DNA of 63,527 bases, counting the filler, from Octopus bimaculoides (Eukaryota): the NCBI RefSeq assembly GCF_001194135.2. It is 5 parts of 3 records of this genome, joined end to end, with 100 filler letters (N's around TTAATTAATTAA, not from the genome) between each part and the next. Parts side by side here need not be neighbours in the genome. Positions count along the whole stretch, not along the records: positions 44,761 to 56,023 come from NC_068981.1; positions 56,124 to 63,527 come from NC_068999.1; 3 more parts are not named here. One strand, given 5' to 3'. The notes below the pieces were generated by a model. The model did not search any database. It had not been told where the DNA came from and saw nothing but the letters and a program-made list of their open reading frames with translations. The position numbers and the translations under genes are program-made. This document shows, one piece after another, positions 52,078-63,527 of the stretch. Positions within the stretch are counted from its first letter, which is position 1; every line of letters starts with the position of its first letter.

Positions 52078-53424
52078 TACACGCATTCTCGCACACAGAA
52101 TTTTCTTTTTTTTCTTTCCTTTCTTTCACATATAATTCAGTTGGTCGTTACACCTCTTTCTCTCTGATTTCCGACTCACTGTTATGCTTATACGAACATG
52201 CAAAAGCATTTACTAACACCCATAATCTCTCCCTCTCTTTCATTTTTTCACTCCCAAACGCACGCACATACTTACACAAGCTTAGTTTCAAACATACTCA
52301 TGTGCACACACGCATGCTAGCACACACATTTGCACACACACTCCCACACGCACAAAACCATAAACATATATACGCAAACACCTACAAAATCAATGACGGT
52401 GACTGTCTCACAAGCTCCATCCCTTTGAGAATTATATTCGCTATTCTTCCCTGTCCCTTTCCTTTATTCCCACCATTCTTCACTTCTTCACACAAAAACA
52501 ACCGCTAACACGATGAATCTCCTCCTCCTCTACCCTTCTTTCCATCTCTGTAACACACCCAAACATAACTTACACACATACACATTCAAAGAAACACATG
52601 CACAAAACCAAATATATAAACACTCTAGATCATTTTAATTCAGGTCGATATCTTCGCCTTGAAACTGACACATTTATACCAATATGTGTGCAAATTTGAT
52701 TGTTGTTAAGATATATGCTCTGTCTTTTGAGCGCTCTGAGTTCAAATCCTAACAAGTTGAAGTTTATCTTCATTCCATTTTCGGTCCAAAAGTTTAAATA
52801 CAGTTTTCTGATGGTGGAATGGTTGAACTTTTAAGAGCGTCGGACGAAATGCCTTACGGTAATGTTAGAAAATTTTGCATTCTGTATTTTTGGGCGGTAG
52901 TAGGCTTAAAACGTTTTTAGGTTTAATACCACTTCCTGAATCTTCTAGATGGGTTATTTTAGTTGAAATTCTTTGGGCTAGATCTCCAGTTTGAAGGTAA
53001 TTTTTCTACTTTCACCTCTCAGTCTCGGAGGCCCTGAAGAAAACCGGACCCCATCACATTCCGTTTCATTGTATAGGTGACTGAGCATTCCATATGTAAT
53101 AGCATCTTTTAAGTAGTTCTCAGGCAGAGACAGAGTAACAATGTTTGTTACAAAGACCTAACATTACGGGTACAATGTCAGTTATGGGTGCAGTCTATCC
53201 GATGGACTTTCGTACTTTCATAATTTCTCTCCAGCGAGGCTTTGGTAAAAGACACTTGCTAAATATGCGAATTAGAATCTAACCTGGCATCTAATGACTG
53301 TGAAGCGAAATTATTGACTGGAATTTTTATTTTAACGCCATTAGAAAGAAGACAGTTGATCTTAATTTGACATGAACTCCGAATGAAAAGGCATTTTATC
53401 CGGTGCTTTACTTATTGTAATAAT

Positions 53425-53630
53425 CCTTTTAACTATAAGCGCAAGAGGTGAAATTGTAGAAAAGGGGGCTAGTCTTTCATGTCGTCCCTAGTGTTCAACT
53501 GGCACTCGCTTCTTCAACAACGAAAGGATGAAAGGCAAAGTCGACCTCGGCGGAATTTAGACTCAAAACATAAAACTGGACAAAACGCCATTAAGCATTT
53601 TGTTCGGTGTGTTAACGATTTTGCGAGTTA
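53425..53630 (-). mobile_element. SINE family B
   Basis: CGAAAGGATGAAAGGCAAAGTCGACCTCGGCGGAATTT. Confidence 0.85.
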
Positions 53631-53881
53631 AGGAGTCGAAAGCGGAAAGAATGTGGGTCGAGAAAGGAGAAAAACTGTCAAGAAGGCAGATTTGATGACG
53701 GTCAGAGACAAAACAAGACAGAGTTAAGTCTAGAGATAGGAAAGAAGGTAAGATAATAGACAGACAGATAGATAAACAGAAAGACTGAGAAAGCGAGAAA
53801 GGTCCAATAAGTCTCTATAGAAAATTTTCCTTCTTTACCAGAATATCGTCTTTGACAAATCATCAGTTAATGCACTCTGTA

Positions 53882-53965
<84 letters not shown>

Positions 53966-54519
53966 ACACACACACACACATGCACACGTGCAAAGTTATT
54001 CATGGATTCATAGAAGACTAGAAAATTATAGCTATAACACAATATTTATTGAGACATAAAATAAGAAAAGTCTCGAGAAAAATCAAGAAAGCAATAAGAA
54101 AAAAGTTTAAAGTACAGAAGTACGCCCTGTGAAAAGAACAAATAAGAATTTAACTTTTCGGACAGTGGGTCATCTTCAAGTACGTTAAATGAATATATTG
54201 TGGAATGTAGTGTATTCGGAGTAAAACCATCACAGTGGATACTAGACTGTAGCTGATATAGCGGAAGTGTTTAGAATTTACTTTTATACAACTACCAAGA
54301 TGAATGAAAATTGGTTAGGAATAAGAAATATGTGTATTATACATTTATCTGTCTGGGTAAGTGTGTCGGGTTGCATGAATGGGCATGTAGTGAGAATGTG
54401 CGTATTCTGTGGAGTAGAATTTTGGGAAGCTGAAGGAGATAGCGATGATGTGCTTTACTGTACGAGCCGAACAAACCATAAGTGTTATGTACCATAGAAA
54501 GGATCGGATGGTGCGTGAT

Positions 54520-54608
<89 letters not shown>

Positions 54609-55782
54609 AAGAGGAGATTGAAGTGCAAGGAATATGATTATCAGTGTAGCGGATGTTCAGGAGAAAATATTGTTATAAGCGAAAGGAGACGCGTTTATTA
54701 ACAAATTGTTACTCACACAGAAGGGGAGATGCAGGAAATCCATGGTGTAAAACGAATACTGTAGAGGACTTGATTAGCGTAACTACGACTAGGAAAAAGG
54801 AAATTACAGGTTACATGGCGAACTCTTATAGCGTAGTTTCATTAAAAATCTAAATGTTGACCCCTAAAACGATCTGCGAATATCCCACTGATATTCCAAT
54901 ATACTTTAAATCATAATGTTAGCATCTTGTGCCATAAATAAGGTCCTTGTACTACAGGAGAACCAATCGGCTATATAGAAGGAGGTGGTAATTCCGTGTA
55001 TGGTGTGTTCTCTTCCTTGATAAAAAGATATGTTTTGTAATAAAATTGGAATCAAGCAAGTGACGTAGGATAGATGTAGTGTTGTACGAAGGTAGTATGT
55101 ATTAGAATATCACGCATTTTACGGTTATGACATAGATAACATATAAATAATCTAAAGGGTCGATGCCTGAGGACAATATCAACTAAATTAAAATATTGTG
55201 TGGGTATGCTCGTATATATAGCCAATCAGCGTTGGCTATACAAATACCAACAGAGGAGTCTCATTGAGCACTTGGAGAAATTCTCTCGATCATTCTTGGA
55301 AAATAAGATTTCTCTGTGGATGCAAAAAAAAAAAAGAAAGTAATTTCATAAGTCATTTCTCATCAAATAAATTAATACATGCTATACAAGATGAATTAAG
55401 CAGCTTATTTGAAACCCTTCCGTTTCTAAAAAGAATTTAAAATACAACTGTTTATTTGTGTGCATATGAATACGTGCGTATGCCTGTCCGAGTACATAGA
55501 GATTCCGCGTCTATTCGGAAGCTCGCGGATAACTGAGATAACCTATATGATATAATAGACACACACCCACACACACACATAAATATTCCGCTAGAATATG
55601 TTTGCGGACACCGCCAATATAGGAGGCCTTCAGTCTTATCATTAGTGGTACGAATCTGAGTATTACCAATTGGTTGATAACTAATGAAAAATTAGGGACC
55701 TTCTGTGTTTGTCTCCCGTCGGATTGTACACTCAGTATACGTTTTGTCGTTTGTTTATTTATCATACATTTCTTCACTTATA

Positions 55783-55819
<37 letters not shown>

Positions 55820-55947
55820 ATAGGAAATAGCATACATACCATGTAGTTATCTGTGACTGGTCGGTTACTGGATGGAAATATGTCACCCATGGACTATATT
55901 ATAAAATAATGCGCGCATTAAAGCAAAGCAAAATCTATCTATCTATC

Positions 55948-56010
<63 letters not shown>

Positions 56011-56123
56011 ATATATATATATANNNNNNNNNNNNNNNNNNNNNNNNNNNNNNNNNNNNNNNNNNNNTTAATTAATTAANNNNNNNNNNNNNNNNNNNNN
56101 NNNNNNNNNNNNNNNNNNNNNNN

Positions 56124-56159
<36 letters not shown>

Positions 56160-56391
56160 TGCATGTATATGGTATATATGGGTATATGTGTGTATATACA
56201 TATATTTGTGTGTGCGTATATATATATATATATATACATACATACATACGGGTATATATATATATGTATATGTATATCTATGTCAACATAGACATATTCT
56301 TTTATTCTTTTTTATTCATTTATTTGTTTGTCATTTGGCTGCGGCCATGCTGGAGCACCGCCTTTCAATCGCCTTTCAATCGAGTAAATAA

Positions 56392-56427
<36 letters not shown>

Positions 56428-56592
56428 GTACATACATATACATGTACATATATGAGTTTATGTATGTGCGTCTGTGTGTGTGTTACTGTGCATATACAGT
56501 TGCACGAGCATACCTACGCACATGCATATATACACAAACACACACACATACAACCTCATCTCTATATACGTACACAATGTACAGACAGACAG

Positions 56593-56664
<72 letters not shown>

Positions 56665-57005
56665 ATGCATGTGTGTGTATGTATGTATATATGTATGGGT
56701 ACTAAGAAAGAGAGGAAGCGGTTTGCGTGTTTTCTGACATGATTTATTTAAAAAAAGACAGGATGAAACATATATTGATGTCCAATACATATGTCGTAAC
56801 TTGATTACAAATAATCATTAAATATAACTCTATATAAATATGCATATAATTCATATACATCACTTTGCATGTATCTATGTAAGCACGTAAACGCTTATAT
56901 CAATACAGAAAGATGTAAGTATGTGTGTGTACGTGATTTTATGTGTATGTGTGGTGTTTGTGACTATTTGACCACTTGTAATCTCTCTCTCTCTCTCTCT
57001 CTCAA

Positions 57006-57040
<35 letters not shown>

Positions 57041-58133
57041 TATACATATACATATATATACCTATATATTTATATGTATTTCTTTTATTCTTTATATATA
57101 TATANNNNNNNNNNNNNNNNNNNNNNNNNNNNNNNNNNNNNNNNNNNNNNNNNNNNNNNNNNNNNNNNNNNNNNNNNNNNNNNNNNNNNNNNNNNNNNNN
57201 NNNNNNNNNNNNNNNNNNNNNNNNNNNNNNNNNNNNNNNNNNNNNNNNNNNNNNNNNNNNNNNNNNNNNNNNNNNNNTATATGTGTGTGTGTGTGTGTGT
57301 CTATATATATGTATTAATATGCATGAATGCATATGTATGTGTGTGTGTGGTGGGAGGGTTGTGTATGTGTGTTTTGTGTGTAGGTCCCAGATGAACCAAT
57401 TTCTAATGCAAGAGATTAAAACAGCGTCTGCAATGTCGAACACCCGTCGTCACCAAAAGACAATCACATAGTATTAACCATTAATGAAGTGAATACGCTG
57501 GTAGTGCCCCAGCATGGCTACAGCCTCGGAGCTGAAATATATAAAAGTGTACAAGAATACATATCAGTAATATTAAGACGCTAACTTTTTGTTCTTGTAC
57601 ATACCTGTTGTGTGTGTCGCACTTACTTCAAAGAAGGGGCAAGGCGAGAGAGAGGAGGACAGAGAGGAAGTAAGAGAGATTGTGTGTTTGTGTGTAAAAG
57701 AGAAAGGGAGATTGAGAGATAAAGTGAGAGAGTGAGAGAAAGAGAGAGAGAGTGAAAGAGACAGTGAGTGGTGACGACGTTCGTTTTGTGTTTTTAAATG
57801 TTTATCACATTGCAAGAGCAGTAGATACATAGATACATATACACATTGTTAAAATAAAAGTGGGAGAGAAGAGATACACAAAGGAAGTGAAAGAGAAAGA
57901 GAGAAAATGACAGAGACAGTAGATACATAAATCCAAAGAAAAGTTCATACGTAGATACAGAGAGCAAATATTGGATGTCAATTTCATTTTTCATTACCAC
58001 ACGAGGATAAAATTAACTCACAAATGGTTGAGTACTTCACAGACATGTAAAACCTTAACGTTGTTCTCAGGGAGACTCAGCCTCACAAAGAATATGACAA
58101 GGGTGGCCCCTTTGAATTACAGCTACAACTCGA

Positions 58134-58182
<49 letters not shown>

Positions 58183-58740
58183 GAATGTATTTGTGTGCGT
58201 ATTGTTTACAACATATTTGCATTTTGCCCGACGTGCTAACGATTCTTCCAACTCACTGCCTTATTTATTAGAAATATTACTGATAACGCCATTGTATGAT
58301 GGATATAAATCTGAGAAATAAGTTTGAATAATGATTATACAAAGTTGCATGGATGCAGTGAGGCGATTGAATGACAATTGGACCGTTGGGGAATGGTTGG
58401 TCTACAATGTTTTTTCTTGATGGTTAGAAAATACTGAAGTATATGACAGGAGATAACTATTGGTGTTAGTTTTGTGTGTTCTTCTTTGGTTTCTGTGTGG
58501 TAAGAGTCCATTTTTGCATTCTTTTGTATGAGATTTCTGTACTTATATTAGTATGAAGTACCTAGAGTAGAACATGTGTATTTTGCTAGGCAGCACAGTA
58601 TTCGAGTTACATTTGTCATCAATTTTGACGAAATTAGGTAATATTTTCAAGAAGCTACGTTCTGATAAATGCTCCTATGTAACGAATAATGTCTTTTTCT
58701 TCTGCTACTCGAGTCAAGCTTAATGTTATTAACCCGTGCA

Positions 58741-58950
58741 AGATGGCGGGATGGCTGAATCGTTAGCGCACAAGGTAAACTACTTAGCAGAATCTTGTCC
58801 ATCTTTACGTTCTAAGATCAAATTCTCCCAAGGTCGACTTTGCCGTCCATCATTTCAGAGTCGACAGATTAGAACGAGATGAGTACTGAGGTAGGTGTAA
58901 TTGACGTACCAATTCCCTCGAAATTGTTAGTTACTTTCAAAATTTGAAAA
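58741..58950 (+). mobile_element. SINE family B
   Basis: GAATCGTTAGCGC...AAGGTCGACTTTGCC. Confidence 0.75.
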
Positions 58951-59890
58951 TAATTTCATTCACCCATGAAAACCTAAATGTCTTTGCTTAGCGTCATAGT
59001 TTCAATTGAGCTGACATCTGTTTAAAAAATATTTCTCCCATGACAGTATATCACATTGTATTAGTCTACCACCGTATAATGACATCCTTTTTGTTTAATG
59101 GGAAATGATTTGAGACGGTGTGGCTGCTATTTTTAGCAGACCGATCTGTCCACAAACGATGGGTTTTCTTTGTTAAATGAGGACACTCCGTTTGTGGACG
59201 TATCAACCGTATAAACTCATATCTATCTTACACCGTTGGAGTCGTTCTTTCAATACAATCAGTATGTCTGCTGTGTTTCTGTTTGTCTTTTGCATTCCTT
59301 TTAGATATAGGTGTAGATTTTAGTCACGTGATCAAATTTAATTATATCAGTCAATTTTTTTCAATACTCAATGTATACTCGGGAGTCTGCGAGTATTTTT
59401 AATATACCTCACGGACCGTGCCCTGCATAGGTACGGGTTGCCCTTTGGCAAGGCATAGCACCTATTCAACCATCCTGCCAGGGAAATGGCGAAATCAATG
59501 GGCTGCAGCATGGCGGACTGTGAAGAGATAGCAGAAGAGACAACGCTGCTTCTTATATTGTTGCTGAACCGAGTAATCCTTGGAGATTAATGGTGAAGAC
59601 CACTGAGCTGTATCCAGAGAGCAACGGCAACGCTTCCATAGGAGTGGCATCGTCCATGGTTTTATAATCAGTTAATGAGATATATAAATTCATTATAGAA
59701 TTGGATGGCGACAGTGAATCGTGAGAATCCGCGAAAGCAGCGTAAAAAGTGTCGTCACAAAATTAAAATGACTTGTATGCAGCATTTTATTAATGAAGTG
59801 CTGATTTTTGTCATCAGTAAGTTAGATTTATTTAAAGAAGTGTTAATTCCAAGACTGCCCATTTAAGGATAAAAATGTTTGGTTTCACAG

Positions 59891-59971
59891 CGAAAGGAAA
59901 AGCCATCATCAAAAGATCGAAAGGCCACATCACTGCGCACGTTTTGCTTTTATGTGCTCGTTGTACTTCTG
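59891..59971 (+). CDS. Candidate 81-nt exon
   Basis: TTTCACAG| acceptor, CTG|GTAACT donor, all three frames open; phase-0 reading RKEKPSSKDRKATSLRTFCFYVLVVLL. Confidence 0.25.
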
Positions 59972-60197
59972 GTAACTTTTATGGCAACTTTAGGTTTAAG
60001 AGCCCTACTCTCGCCATCCCTATTTGTAATTTTGAGTAGTCATCCATGCATCCAGCTATCTATAAAACCCGACACCCAACAGTCTCGTCACCCATCGGTA
60101 TAACTATCTCTCCACATAGCTAAACATCCATGTCGTCAATCAAATCCATTCCTACAATCCGACATACATACATCCCATCCAGCATTCCATCTACCCT

Positions 60198-60320
60198 TCA
60201 TCATCGATCCATTCGTCATCGATCCATNNNNNNNNNNTCTACCCTTCATCATCGATCCATTCGTCATCGATCCATTCGTCACCGATCCATTCGTCATCGA
60301 TCCATTCGTCATCGATCCAC
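60198..60320. repeat. 15-bp minisatellite (TCATCGATCCATTCG)n
   Basis: Direct reading, interrupted by a 10-N gap. Confidence 0.9.
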
Positions 60321-60491
60321 CCATCAATCTCACAGTCCATCTCAGCCAGCCGTCCAACTAGTAATTTAAAAATCCATAAATCCATCACTACATGTATTCT
60401 TACTGACATCAATCCATCTAAACTTTGCTACACGTCCACCATTCCATCGATGCAACAACTCATCCATCCATCCATCCATCCATCCATCCAT

Positions 60492-60528
<37 letters not shown>

Positions 60529-61326
60529 TATCCAGCCATCCAACACTCAATCAATCAATCTTTCCTCACGACTCTCCATATTTCAAAACTTCACCGGCCT
60601 CTATTAGTTACAACCTGTCACATTTTGCCTTTCAACACTACTTAAAACTGACCCCAAATAACCCAACAAATATATTAAAAAAAGATATGAAATATTGCGT
60701 AAGTCACATTGCAGAGGTTTTGTATACTCGCATGTGTGTACGTACGTACGTGCGTATGTATGTATGTATGTATGTATGTATGTATGCATATATGTATGTA
60801 CGTATGCACGTATGTTAATTTCTCTTTTAGAATTAGTGTAAGATTTGACCAGCCACCTATTTGATAACAAGGTTGTGAAGGAAAGAATTTACTTTTAACA
60901 GCCATCCTCTACATCTGCATGTATTCATGTATGTATGCATGTATGCTTCTATGTATGCATATATGCATGTATACATGCATGTATACATGCATGTATATGT
61001 GTATGTATGTTTGCATGTATGTAGTTAGGTAAGTGTGTATGCATTACTGTACGTATGTATGCATTGCTGTTTTTGTATTTTCGTATTTAGATAATTTAGG
61101 AAGGGTTTTGGGCTACTATTTGGGGGTACAAGTCGGGTATTATATTCCATTGCCGTTTTTATAATTTTCCTTCAAGAATTATATTTATTTAATATTTTCT
61201 TTTTTTGTTCTCTTCTAAATTTTAATGTTTTCATTTTTTATTCTTTACTCTTCTATATTTTCCCTCTATTTTATTTACTTACTTACTTTTCTTTTTCTTT
61301 CTTTCTTTCTTCTTTTTTTTTTTGAG

Positions 61327-61418
61327 GTCGGATTTCGGGGGTACTTGCGGTGCATCAATTACGCCCATGATTATTTCGATTGCGTACAGAGATCTGGGAC
61401 GTAGAGGAAATTGCTTAG
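61327..61418 (+). CDS. Candidate exon in a small GC-rich island
   Basis: Long pyrimidine tract-GAG| acceptor; frame 0 VGFRGYLRCINYAHDYFDCVQRSGT*; another frame open to TAG|GTGAAC. Confidence 0.2.
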
Positions 61419-61644
61419 GTGAACATAGAAAAGGCTAACAATAGAAATGAAACATAATTGTACACCATATTCAGCGATTTTTTCCACATAATTTCCTCTT
61501 GACGACCACAGTATTAAAAAGTGGAAACAAAAAAAAAAGAAAAAACAGAGAAATAAAAAAATAATAATGTGAAAAAAATTTGATCGGATAAAAAGAATAG
61601 ATAAAAGTCAAATATATAACTACTACTAATATTAATACTAAGAA

Positions 61645-63230
<1,586 letters not shown>

Positions 63231-63527
63231 GGAGAATTGTGAGGAGAATCAGGAAAAGGATAGCGAAGAATTTGATGCTAATAACGCATGGTTGTGTTGA
63301 TATTAGCGGGGATGGCGAATGTTGATGACGATAAAGAGGGAAGAGCATCATCACATTAACTAACCTTTCCACAACCTCTCCAACAACATCGAGGCAGTGC
63401 CACCACCAACAACATCATCATCATTATCGACGTCATCGTCCTTCTCCTCCTTCTCCCACTCCTCCTCCACTTCATCTTCATCATCATCATCATCATCATC
63501 ATCACCATCAACATCATCGTCATTAAT

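Noticed and set aside
58380-58730. Possible additional Penelope-like coding remnant on the minus strand
   Set aside because: No diagnostic motif recoverable by eye; needs tblastx.
60188-60280. Sequence repeated on both sides of a 10-N gap
   Set aside because: Probably unmerged overlapping contig ends in a minisatellite.

Overview
This is AT-rich, gap-ridden eukaryotic DNA dominated by microsatellites and decayed transposons. The SINE families and repeat landscape look like an Octopus genome (inference from recognised repeats, not a search result). No intact, recognisable protein-coding gene is present, and almost all ORFs in the supplied track are microsatellite or N-gap artefacts. Supportable content: (1) three tRNA-derived SINE families in many copies, called A, B (Nin/Deu-domain) and C here; (2) degraded LINE fragments: a CR1-like RT in two inverted pieces, an RTE endonuclease, an R4/Dong 3' end and a zinc-knuckle ORF1 piece; (3) Penelope-like RT, GIY-YIG and pLTR pieces; (4) DNA transposon relics: mariner, Tc1, Chapaev-3 and a Helitron helicase. 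The most interesting signals are eight different minimal hammerhead-ribozyme-like motifs, a nested inverted-repeat element at 22.1-22.7 kb, a perfect 38-bp inverted repeat, a SINE that appears to have inserted into the head of its own family, and several speculative spliced exons, including a phase-consistent 3-exon model at 8.8-9.35 kb.
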